DNA of 64,000 nucleotides from Bacteroidales bacterium. GTDB lineage: Bacteria > Bacteroidota > Bacteroidia > Bacteroidales > UBA3663. Made by a program: the position numbers and the translations under genes. This document shows, piece after piece, positions 46,726 through 55,288 of the stretch. The stretch spans positions 2,809 to 66,808 of the forward strand of contig JAZRVB010000162.1 of NCBI GenBank assembly GCA_045598885.1, written 5' to 3'. The notes beneath the pieces were generated by a model that worked only from the letters and a program-made list of their open reading frames with translations, was not told where the DNA came from and did no database searches. Every line of letters starts with the position of its first letter. Position 1 is the first letter of the stretch.

Positions 46726-47457
46726 TTATCGCTTCTGGGAGTCTCTAGTCCTGAGGACATTGAGACTTCCTTTCTTATTATAGCTGATGCCATCGGTGCC
46801 TTCAGCCTTGATAAGGTAGTAGTAGGCGCCGGTAGGAACGGTGCTGCCGTTGAAGCGGCCATCCCATCCGTCTTCGGGGTTGGTGGAGTGGTAGAGCTCC
46901 TGGCCCCAGCGGTTGACGATCCAGATCTCGTAGCTGACGAGCGACTTGTAGCGGACGTGGAAGACACTGTTCCTGCTGTCGGGCGAGTCGGGTGTGATGA
47001 GGTTGGGTACTTCCAGGAGCGACTCAGTGATCTGTATCTGATAAGGTACGGAGGTCTGGTAGGTAGCGGTGGCTCCCTCTCCGAGCTCTGTTGGCGTCAG
47101 ATAGCTATTGAAATCGGCCACGAAGCGTACATAGTAGGTGCCGGACTCGTCGAAGTCGTAGTCGAGCTGCGAGGTGACGCCGTCAGGTCCGAGGACGCGT
47201 AGCTGGTCGATGATCTCCTCAAACTGATTGTCTGACGCCAGTTCCCAACTGCAGTAGTCCGGCTGCTGCGACATCTCTGCCCTAAAAGTGATTTTAAGGG
47301 GGCCAGGACCAACGAACGTATGGCCGTTGACCTTCACTGAGTCCGCGCGGTTTGCGACGTATCCTGAGGGCGCGGTGTAGGCGGTGTCGGCGACGACAAA
47401 GTCGGGAGTGAGGAGTGATGAGTTAGGAGTGAGGAATAGGAGGAGGGGAAGGAGCAT
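46726..47457 (-). CDS. T9SS type B sorting domain (gliding-motility CHU_C) protein
   Basis: The C-terminal VFHVRYKSLVSYEIWIVNRWGQELYH...GWDGRFNG...GAYYYLIKA is the type B sorting domain. The N-terminal signal region is encoded by heptamer-repeat DNA. Confidence 0.75.
   Translation of the reverse strand: MLLPLLLFLTPNSSLLTPDFVVADTAYTAPSGYVANRADSVKVNGHTFVGPGPLKITFRAEMSQQPDYCSWELASDNQFEEIIDQLRVLGPDGVTSQLDYDFDESGTYYVRFVADFNSYLTPTELGEGATATYQTSVPYQIQITESLLEVPNLITPDSPDSRNSVFHVRYKSLVSYEIWIVNRWGQELYHSTNPEDGWDGRFNGSTVPTGAYYYLIKAEGTDGISYNKKGSLNVLRTRDSQKR
47404..47446 (-). repeat. degenerate CTCACTC heptamer tract (reverse complement) forming the 5' end of a CDS
   Basis: The plus strand reads GGGAGTGAGGAGTGATGAGTTAGGAGTGAGGAATAGGAGGAGG, translated on the minus strand as LLLFLTPNSSLLTP. 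Confidence 0.85.
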
Positions 47458-47459
47458 AT

Positions 47460-48497
47460 TTAGAACTTATCTGTGACGCGAGCAAAAGCCGGTGCATCGA
47501 ATGGACAGAAATCCTGATCCTGATACTTGTAGAGGCCGACGATTCCGATCATGGCAGCATTGTCGGTAGTGAACTTGAACGGTGGGAGGAAGACTTTCCA
47601 GCCGTATTTCTTGCCGAGCTCGGTTAGACCGTCACGGACGCCGCTGTTGGCGCTCACGCCACCGCTGACGGCTACGGTCTTGATGCCGGTCTCCTTGACG
47701 GCTTTCTTTACCTTGTCCATCAGGATGTCTACGATAGTCTTCTGGAGCGATGCGCAGAGGTCGGCCTTGTTCTGCTCGATGAAATCAGGGTTCTCCTTGA
47801 CAGCGTCACGGAGGGTATAGAGGAATGAGGTCTTAAGTCCTGAGAAAGAATAGTTAAGACCAGGAATATGAGGCTTGGCAAACTGGAACTTCTTAGGATC
47901 GCCCTCATTGGCAAAACGGTTGATGACCGGACCACCCGGATAGCCCATGCCCATGACCTTAGCACACTTGTCGAAGGCCTCGCCAGCCGCATCGTCGATG
48001 GTCTGTCCGATAACCTCCATGTCCTTATACGAATTGACCTTGATGATCTGTGAATTGCCACCAGAGACGAGGAGACAGAGGAATGGGAATTCGGGCGACT
48101 GACCGATAACCTCGCCTGCCTCATTCTGCTCCTTGACGAAATGAGCCATCACATGGCCCTGGAGGTGATTGACCTCGATCATCGGGATGTGAAGGGCAGA
48201 GGCAAGTCCTTTGGCGAAACTGAGTCCCACGAGGAGCGAGCCCATAAGACCCGGGCCACGGGTGAAGGCGATGGCGGTGAGGTCTTCTGGCTTGAGACCT
48301 GCACGACGGATGGCCTCGCTGACGACTGGGACGATATTCTGCTGGTGGGCGCGGCTGGCCAGCTCGGGCACAACGCCACCGTAAGACTCATGGACAGCCT
48401 GACTGGCAATGACATTGCTCAGCATGATGCCGTCACGGATGATGGCTGCTGAGGTGTCATCGCAAGAAGACTCGATACCTAGGATTATTGTTGACAT
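47460..48497 (-). CDS. tsaD: tRNA N6-adenosine threonylcarbamoyltransferase
   Basis: ILGIESSCDDTSAA, the NHLQGHVMAHF metal site and SGGVSANS. Confidence 0.95.
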   Translation of the reverse strand: MSTIILGIESSCDDTSAAIIRDGIMLSNVIASQAVHESYGGVVPELASRAHQQNIVPVVSEAIRRAGLKPEDLTAIAFTRGPGLMGSLLVGLSFAKGLASALHIPMIEVNHLQGHVMAHFVKEQNEAGEVIGQSPEFPFLCLLVSGGNSQIIKVNSYKDMEVIGQTIDDAAGEAFDKCAKVMGMGYPGGPVINRFANEGDPKKFQFAKPHIPGLNYSFSGLKTSFLYTLRDAVKENPDFIEQNKADLCASLQKTIVDILMDKVKKAVKETGIKTVAVSGGVSANSGVRDGLTELGKKYGWKVFLPPFKFTTDNAAMIGIVGLYKYQDQDFCPFDAPAFARVTDKF

Positions 48498-48547
48498 AGT
48501 AGGATTGTTTTCGCATTATGCGTGTACATATACGTACACATCGGCGG

Positions 48548-48555
48548 CAAAGATA
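48548..48555 (-). promoter_or_regulatory. -7 promoter box (TATCTTTG on the minus strand) for tsaD
   Basis: The plus strand reads CAAAGATA, 51 nt upstream of the start at 48497. Confidence 0.45.
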
Positions 48556-48649
48556 CATAAAAAAAATGAAATCGCCAAGCAAAATCTGAAAAAATCTTAG
48601 CAGATGTAATAAATCACACAATTTGTTTGGCGATGTCGAGAATAAATCG

Positions 48650-48657
48650 TACCTTTG
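48650..48657 (+). promoter_or_regulatory. -7 promoter box (TACCTTTG)
   Basis: TAnnTTTG 19 nt upstream of the ATG at 48676. Confidence 0.4.
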
Positions 48658-48675
48658 TCCCAAAAATGTGCATAT

Positions 48676-50199
48676 ATGAGTATTCTGCGTAAAATATTTC
48701 TCTTTTTCGTCTTCTGCCTTTTGGCAGGATCAATGATGTTGGCTGCAGCCAATAAGGAGCATGTGGTACGTCCTGGTGATACGCTCTATAGCATCGCCAA
48801 GCGCTATGGCGTGACGGTGGAGGCCATCCAGGCGGCCAATCCGAGTATCGAGGGTACGAATATCCCGACGGGTATGACGCTGGTGATCCCTGAGGCTGCG
48901 ACTGAGACAAAGTCGCCACTGAACTTCTCGAACAAGAAGGACGACAAGAAGGACGTTAAGAAGGAGGCGCAAGGCAATAAGCCGACGACGTCTCAGATAC
49001 CATCGGTCACCTTCGCCAATAAGCCGACCTTGCCGACCTATAACGTGCTGGGCAATGGACACTGGACGGACGGCACGCTGACTTTGGCTGTGATCCTGCC
49101 TTTCAACCTCAACGCCACGACGGCTGAGGAGCAGAAGGTGCAGATGCGATCGGTAGAATTCTATGAGGGCGTGCTGATGGCTGTGGATGAGGTGCAGCAG
49201 CTGGGCCGACGCGTGTCAGTGTTGGCCTACGACCTGGGGTCGGAGTCGATCTTCTCGATCCTGAATAACCAGAACCTCCTGTCGGCCGACTTCATCATCG
49301 GTCCGATGGATGAGCAGTCGCTCAAGCAGGTGGCTGATTGGGGTGAGATGCATGGCACACCGGTGGTGAGCCCGTTCGTCTTCAATGCCAGCTACCTGGA
49401 AGAGTATGAGCATCTCTTCCAGATCAATACGCAGAAGTCGATGCTCTATCCGCAGCTGACCGAGGAGCTGATGAACCGGTTTAAGGACTATACGGTGGTC
49501 TTCCTGACCGACAGTGCCAACGTGAAGAAGGCCGATCCGTATCCTGCATTGCTCAAGAAAGAACTCCGGACGCTGAACGTACAGTATAAGGAGATGTCAT
49601 TCCGTAGGCCTGAGGTGCTGATGGCGTGTGACTCGATCCTGGGTATCATGGATAAGAATATTCTCTTCGTGCCGGTCACGCCGCAGCAGGAGTCGTTGCG
49701 CCGTATGTTCAGCGGCCTGCAGCATGTCAAGATCCTACGTGATGCACGCTTCCAGGATGCATTGCTCAATGGTACAGCCACCAAGGCGCAGCCTAAGATG
49801 GCCGTACTAGGCTATCCGGAGTGGGTGCTCTATACGAGCGACTTCATCGACTACTACTATGACCTGAATGTCTATATGTTCAGCAAGGTGTATGTCAATC
49901 CGTTCGATCCGTTGGTAAAGCGTTTCTACGATAACTTCAAGGCGTGGTATAACAAGGATCTGATGGCGCTGATGCCGAAGTATGGTATCCTTGGCTATGA
50001 CGTCACGCGCTTCTTCCTGCGTTCGCTCTCGCGTCATGGACAGCACATCGAGGAACGATTGATCGGACAGGAGGAAGAGTGCCTGCAGAATGTCTTCTGT
50101 TTCGAGAAGAGCGAGAGCGGCAAGGGCATCTATAACCATGGCCTGTATCTGGTACACTTCACGCCAGAATCGACCATCGATAAAATCATCATCAAATGA
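48676..50199 (+). CDS. LysM domain protein fused to a periplasmic-binding-protein (type 1) like domain
   Basis: Signal peptide, then LysM (HVVRPGDTLYSIAKRYGVTVEAIQAANP), a Lys/Asp-rich linker, and about 380 aa of PBP1-like fold. Start moved to the ATG at 48676. Confidence 0.75.
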   Translation: MSILRKIFLFFVFCLLAGSMMLAAANKEHVVRPGDTLYSIAKRYGVTVEAIQAANPSIEGTNIPTGMTLVIPEAATETKSPLNFSNKKDDKKDVKKEAQGNKPTTSQIPSVTFANKPTLPTYNVLGNGHWTDGTLTLAVILPFNLNATTAEEQKVQMRSVEFYEGVLMAVDEVQQLGRRVSVLAYDLGSESIFSILNNQNLLSADFIIGPMDEQSLKQVADWGEMHGTPVVSPFVFNASYLEEYEHLFQINTQKSMLYPQLTEELMNRFKDYTVVFLTDSANVKKADPYPALLKKELRTLNVQYKEMSFRRPEVLMACDSILGIMDKNILFVPVTPQQESLRRMFSGLQHVKILRDARFQDALLNGTATKAQPKMAVLGYPEWVLYTSDFIDYYYDLNVYMFSKVYVNPFDPLVKRFYDNFKAWYNKDLMALMPKYGILGYDVTRFFLRSLSRHGQHIEERLIGQEEECLQNVFCFEKSESGKGIYNHGLYLVHFTPESTIDKIIIK

Positions 50200-50210
50200 T
50201 CTGTGACTTC

Positions 50211-50942
50211 ATGATGAGCCGTATATTATTTAGAAAGGTCATGTGTGCCGTCTTCCTGCTGCTCGCCGTGGCAGGTACTGGCAGGCTGGCTGCTCAGGAG
50301 CGTATCCCTCGTGAGATACACCTGGGTGTGGTAGGCGGTGCCAATCTTAGCGAGTACACCTTCCATCCGACCATCACACAGCGCTTCACTGGCAGCTATA
50401 CGATGGGCGTGGCTGCTCGTTATATCGAGGAGGAGTACTTCGGCCTGCAGATGGAACTGCTGCTGACAGAGCGCGGCTATGCCGACCTGTGGGAACCGAA
50501 TCCGGAGGAATGGCTCTTCGAACGTAAGCTGCTTTATGTGGAGCTTCCGGTGATGGCGCATGTATACTTCAACCTGGGCAAGCGCAATCAGGTGGCTATC
50601 GACTTGGGTCCGAAACTGGCATGGTTCCTGTCCGACCGTACGAACAGCAACCTGCCGGAGAACTACGGCCAGTCGGGTACGTCGTATGGCAATCAGACGT
50701 TGCACCATGAGCTGCCTATCGAAAAGAAGTTCGACTATGGTCTGCAGTTCGGCCTGGGTTATGAGTTCAATATCAACCAGCGGCTGAGCGCTCAGCTCAC
50801 TGGTCGCTACTACTTCGGTCTCGGCAACCTCTGGCCTGACTCCAAGGCCGATCACTTTGAGCAGTCGAGCAACGGTTCGATCCAGATCTCGCTGGGTGTC
50901 TGGTGGCACCATGTCATCAAAGGCAAGAAGATGAAGAAATGA
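50211..50942 (+). CDS. outer membrane beta-barrel (porin family) protein
   Basis: Signal peptide ...GRLAAQE, alternating-hydrophobicity strands and an aromatic-rich C-terminus (ISLGVWWHHV). The start could instead be 50196. Confidence 0.7.
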   Translation: MMSRILFRKVMCAVFLLLAVAGTGRLAAQERIPREIHLGVVGGANLSEYTFHPTITQRFTGSYTMGVAARYIEEEYFGLQMELLLTERGYADLWEPNPEEWLFERKLLYVELPVMAHVYFNLGKRNQVAIDLGPKLAWFLSDRTNSNLPENYGQSGTSYGNQTLHHELPIEKKFDYGLQFGLGYEFNINQRLSAQLTGRYYFGLGNLWPDSKADHFEQSSNGSIQISLGVWWHHVIKGKKMKK

Positions 50943-51005
50943 GACTGATATATTATCATTCTTTCATTTTTTAATTTTTTCATTTTTTAATTATATCATT
51001 TCTAC

Positions 51006-52499
51006 GTGGGCGTAGTCATTCGTCAGTCCCTCAAGGGAACCGTCGTTAATTATATCGGTGTGGTGCTGGGTATTTTTGTCCAGTTCTATATCGTCGCTAA
51101 ATATCTCGATCCGGAAGTCATCGGCCTCTCGAAGGTGGTCTATGAGGTGGCATTCCTGCTTTCGACTCTGGCATTGCTGGGTTCGGGAAGTACGGGAATG
51201 CGCTTTTTCCCTTATTTCAAGGATGAGCAGAAGGGTAATAATGGCTTCTTATATTATTATCTGCTCTTCCCGGTTGTTGGCGTCGTGCTGATGACGCTGA
51301 TCTATCTGGTTTTGCGAGAACCGATTGAATCCTATTTCGGAGCGAAGAGTCCGCTCTTCAATGAGCATTTCTATTATGTCATCCCGATGATGGTGGTGCT
51401 GGCCTTCTGGGTCTGGTCAGAAAACTATGCCAACATCAACATGCGTATCGCCCTGCCAAAGGCTGTACGTGAGGTGGGAATGCGAGTGATGATGCTGGGC
51501 ATCTACCTGGCTTACGGCTTCGGCTATATCGGAGTCACAGGCCTGATCGTCGGTTTCATCCTCTGCTATGGCCTCTGTATGCTCATTGCGGGTGTCTATT
51601 CTCTGCATATCGGTAATCGTTCGCTGAAGCATGACTGGAGTTTTATCACGCCCGATTTGCGCTCAAAGGTACTCAAGTATGCAGGTTTCCTGATGCTCTC
51701 TACGATCTCAGGCAATGTCATCCAGCAGATGGATATCTTCATGCTCTCTGGCGTCAAAGGCCTCTACAGCGCAGGTATCTACGCCATCGTAGTCTATATG
51801 GCAGAGATCGTCAACATGCCATCGCGTAACATCACGCCGATCAGTACGCCATTGGCTGCCGAGGCCATGAAGGAAGGCAATACGGCCAAGGCGCAGGATC
51901 TCTATAAGCAGGTCTCTATCCATCAGATGCTGGCATCGACCGTGCTGCTGCTCATCGTGTGGATCAACCTCGATAATATCTTCGCGGTCATTCCGAACGG
52001 AGAGAAGTTCGCCGAGGGACGCTGGGCTGTCCTTTTCCTGGGACTCTCGAAGGTGGTGTATGGTACGCTCAATTTCGGTAATACGCTGATCTCTTTCAGC
52101 AAATATTATTACTGGACGTTGTTCTTTACCTTCATCCTGATGGGTATCAGCATCGCCACCAATCTGTACTTCATCCCGATCTTCGGACTGAGTGGTGCGG
52201 CGCTGGCATCGCTCATTACCGTATTGCTCAGCTATGCCTATCAGCAGTATATTGTGCAGGTCAAGATCAAGACCAACCCATTCACCTGGGCGCATCTGCG
52301 TATCGTCATCATCCTCTGCACGCTGTTCGCTATCAACTTTATCATCCCATCCTTTGCAGGTTATTCGCCTTGGATCGATATTGCGATCCGTACGGTGATC
52401 ATCCTGGGTATTGCGGGCGGATTGATCTATGCGATGCGCATCTCGCCACAGATCACGTGGTTTATTGAAAAATATGTGCTGAGGAAGAATGTTGAGTAA
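51006..52499 (+). CDS. oligosaccharide/polysaccharide flippase (Wzx/MOP superfamily)
   Basis: 497 aa with about 12-14 TM segments. GTG start. First gene of the glycan cluster. Confidence 0.75.
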   Translation: MGVVIRQSLKGTVVNYIGVVLGIFVQFYIVAKYLDPEVIGLSKVVYEVAFLLSTLALLGSGSTGMRFFPYFKDEQKGNNGFLYYYLLFPVVGVVLMTLIYLVLREPIESYFGAKSPLFNEHFYYVIPMMVVLAFWVWSENYANINMRIALPKAVREVGMRVMMLGIYLAYGFGYIGVTGLIVGFILCYGLCMLIAGVYSLHIGNRSLKHDWSFITPDLRSKVLKYAGFLMLSTISGNVIQQMDIFMLSGVKGLYSAGIYAIVVYMAEIVNMPSRNITPISTPLAAEAMKEGNTAKAQDLYKQVSIHQMLASTVLLLIVWINLDNIFAVIPNGEKFAEGRWAVLFLGLSKVVYGTLNFGNTLISFSKYYYWTLFFTFILMGISIATNLYFIPIFGLSGAALASLITVLLSYAYQQYIVQVKIKTNPFTWAHLRIVIILCTLFAINFIIPSFAGYSPWIDIAIRTVIILGIAGGLIYAMRISPQITWFIEKYVLRKNVE

Positions 52500-52580
52500 T
52501 TTGAAATAATTTACGAATGGACAATTTACGATTTACGATTGGGGATTGTCCTGATAAGTAAAAAACAATTATAGAAAAAT

Positions 52581-53372
52581 ATGGCAAAACCAATCATTAT
52601 AGCAGGTCCATGCGTCATTGAGTCACAGGAGTGTCTTGATACCGTCGCTCAGGAGCTGGTACGTATCAACGAGTCGCTCGGAGTGGACATCATCTTCAAG
52701 GCTTCGTTTGACAAGGCCAATCGTACGAGTATCACCTCCTATCGTGGCCCAGGCATGGAGAAAGGTCTGCAGATGCTGGCAGACATCAAGTCGAAATATG
52801 GCCTGCGCCTGCTGACCGATATCCATGAGAGCTATCAGGCTGCTCCTGTGGCTGAGGTAGTGGATGTACTGCAGATTCCTGCGTTCCTCTGCCGTCAGAC
52901 CGATCTGCTCGTTGCAGCTGCCAAGACCGGCAAGACGGTCAACATCAAGAAAGCGCAGTTCCTGAGCGGATTGGATATGCAGTATCCTGCACAGAAGGTG
53001 CGCGACACCTGGAGCCAGGAAGGGATCGTCCCTGCGTCGATCGGCGGTCGTGACGGCCTCTGGCTGACAGAACGCGGCAATTCGTTCGGCTATAACAATT
53101 TCGTCGTTGACTTCCGTAATGTGGCTGATATGAAACAGTTCACGCCGACGGTGGTGATGGACTGTACGCACGCCGTACAACGTCCTGGCGCGGCTGGAGG
53201 TAAGTCTGGCGGCAACCGTGAGTTCGTTCCAGCCATGGCGTTGGCAGCAAAGGCTTTCGGCGCTACAGGCTATTTCTTCGAGACGCATCCTGATCCAGAG
53301 AAGGCGCTGAGCGATGGCCCTAATATGCTCTATCTGAACGAGCTGGAGAAGGTGGTCAAATCATTGTTGTAA
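52581..53372 (+). CDS. kdsA: 3-deoxy-8-phosphooctulonate (Kdo-8-P) synthase
   Basis: IIAGPCVIES, KASFDKANRTS, QIPAFLCRQTDL and DCTHAVQ. Confidence 0.95.
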   Translation: MAKPIIIAGPCVIESQECLDTVAQELVRINESLGVDIIFKASFDKANRTSITSYRGPGMEKGLQMLADIKSKYGLRLLTDIHESYQAAPVAEVVDVLQIPAFLCRQTDLLVAAAKTGKTVNIKKAQFLSGLDMQYPAQKVRDTWSQEGIVPASIGGRDGLWLTERGNSFGYNNFVVDFRNVADMKQFTPTVVMDCTHAVQRPGAAGGKSGGNREFVPAMALAAKAFGATGYFFETHPDPEKALSDGPNMLYLNELEKVVKSLL

Positions 53373-53430
53373 TTCATAATTCATAATTGATTACAATAGT
53401 AATTCGTAATTAGTAATTCATATTTCATAT

Positions 53431-54387
53431 ATGAGTGAAATCATAGAAACAGGAATCAATTGCCTTCGTGATGAGGCGCAGGCCATCCTCGATCTTATCC
53501 CTCGCATGGGGGAGGAGTTCGAGCAGGCTGTCCATCTCATTAAGGATTGCCAAGGCAAGGTCATCGTGACGGGTGTCGGCAAGTCCGGCCATGTCGGCAG
53601 CAAGATCGCTGCTACGCTGGCCAGCACAGGTACGCCGTCGTTCTATCTCAATCCGCTCGACGCCTATCATGGCGACCTGGGAATGATTGCGACAGGCGAC
53701 GTTGTCATGGCCATCTCTTACAGCGGTAATACCGATGAGCTGCTCCGCTTCATCCCATTGATCATCGAGCGTAACATCCCGATCATCGGCATCTCTGGCA
53801 ATCCGGATTCTCTGCTCGGCAAATACAGCACCTGCCATATCAATACCGCGGTCAGCCATGAGGCCGACCCGCTCAATCTGGCTCCTACATCGTCTACAAC
53901 TGCAGCGATGGCGATAGGCGATGCATTGGCTTGTGCATTGGTCAAGGTGCGTCATTTCCAGGATTCTGACTTTGCCCGCTTCCATCCTGGTGGCAGTCTC
54001 GGCAAGCGCCTGCTCGGCAAGGTATCGGATCTGATGAATACCGAAGGCCTGGCTACCTGGACCGTCTCGCCTCAGGACATGCTCAGCGATGTGATTATCC
54101 GCATCAGCCAGGGCAAGAAAGGCCTTGTCGTGGCGCTCAACGAAGCCCAGCAGGTCGTAGGTATCATTACCGATGGTGACGTGCGTCGTGCAATGCAGAA
54201 GCACCGTGAGGCCTTTTTCTCGCTGAAGGTGGAGGATGTGATGAGCCGTAATCCGAAGAAGATCCGTCAGGATGCCAAGATCAGCGCCGCTGCCGACCTG
54301 ATGCTCAGCAACAGCATCCACGCCCTGATCGTTCTCGACGAGAAGGATCACTTTTGTGGCATCATCGATTATTTTGCCTGTGTCTGA
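53431..54387 (+). CDS. kpsF: KpsF/GutQ family arabinose-5-phosphate isomerase
   Basis: SIS domain GVGKSGHVGSKIAATLASTGTPSF, plus a tandem CBS pair at the C-terminus. Confidence 0.9.
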   Translation: MSEIIETGINCLRDEAQAILDLIPRMGEEFEQAVHLIKDCQGKVIVTGVGKSGHVGSKIAATLASTGTPSFYLNPLDAYHGDLGMIATGDVVMAISYSGNTDELLRFIPLIIERNIPIIGISGNPDSLLGKYSTCHINTAVSHEADPLNLAPTSSTTAAMAIGDALACALVKVRHFQDSDFARFHPGGSLGKRLLGKVSDLMNTEGLATWTVSPQDMLSDVIIRISQGKKGLVVALNEAQQVVGIITDGDVRRAMQKHREAFFSLKVEDVMSRNPKKIRQDAKISAAADLMLSNSIHALIVLDEKDHFCGIIDYFACV

Positions 54388-54404
54388 CCTTTTCGTGAGA
54401 AGTA

Positions 54405-55226
54405 ATGGAAGATCTATATCAATATGGCCGTGAAGGATCAAACCTTCGTAAGGTACAGCTGAGAGCCATTGAGATGCTGGCAGAGGTCGATCGTATCTGT
54501 CGCAAGCATCATCTGCGCTACTGGATCGACTATGGCACGCTCCTCGGCTATAAGCGTCATGAGGGCAAGTTCATCCCTTGGGACGATGACCTGGACGTCG
54601 ATATGCCGAGCGAGGATTATCGTCGCTTCATCGAGATTGCGAAGACCGAGCTGAGCAAGGATTATTTCCTGCAGACGCGTGAGAGTGATCCGATGTCTGA
54701 GGTCGGAAGTGGAAACCTGCGTATCCGTGACAACCATTCGCTCTTTATCTTCAACTTCCAGGACTTCCGCAAGCCTTGCCACAAGGGCATCTTCATCGAT
54801 ATCTTTGAGTTCGTTGAGCAGCCGAAGATGGCATATAAGCCTTGGCGATATATCATGCGCCGCGTGTCGTTTGCCTATAACTTCTTCAAGTACAATCCGC
54901 AGCTCAACTTCCACAATATCGTCTGCTACTTCTGGTATCCTGTGCAGTACGTGCTTTTCAAAGGTCTTTGGCATTGCCTGCCCAAGAACAAGAAGCGACT
55001 GAGTCCGACACCTGAGACTTATGGCAATGGTAAACCCTACGACACCGACTATCTCTATCCGTTGCAGGAGGTAGAGTTTGAGGGGCTCAAGGTTCTCGCG
55101 CCAAAGGACATCCACAAGCGTCTGACGGACATCTATGGCGACTATATGAAGCTCCCCAACGAGAAGCAACGTCGCCAGCATGTGCAGTATGCCGCGGTCA
55201 ATCTTGAAGATGTCAAGTGCTTCTGA
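54405..55226 (+). CDS. LicD family (phosphocholine/phospho-alditol transferase) protein
   Basis: YWIDYGTLLGYKRH and the WDDDLDVDM motifs of the LicD nucleotidyltransferase fold. Confidence 0.8.
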   Translation: MEDLYQYGREGSNLRKVQLRAIEMLAEVDRICRKHHLRYWIDYGTLLGYKRHEGKFIPWDDDLDVDMPSEDYRRFIEIAKTELSKDYFLQTRESDPMSEVGSGNLRIRDNHSLFIFNFQDFRKPCHKGIFIDIFEFVEQPKMAYKPWRYIMRRVSFAYNFFKYNPQLNFHNIVCYFWYPVQYVLFKGLWHCLPKNKKRLSPTPETYGNGKPYDTDYLYPLQEVEFEGLKVLAPKDIHKRLTDIYGDYMKLPNEKQRRQHVQYAAVNLEDVKCF

Positions 55227-55288
55227 GGCATAGTAGCTCTTCTTTAGCCAATAACTTTTTAGCTCTTTCACTTTTTAACTTATTCATC

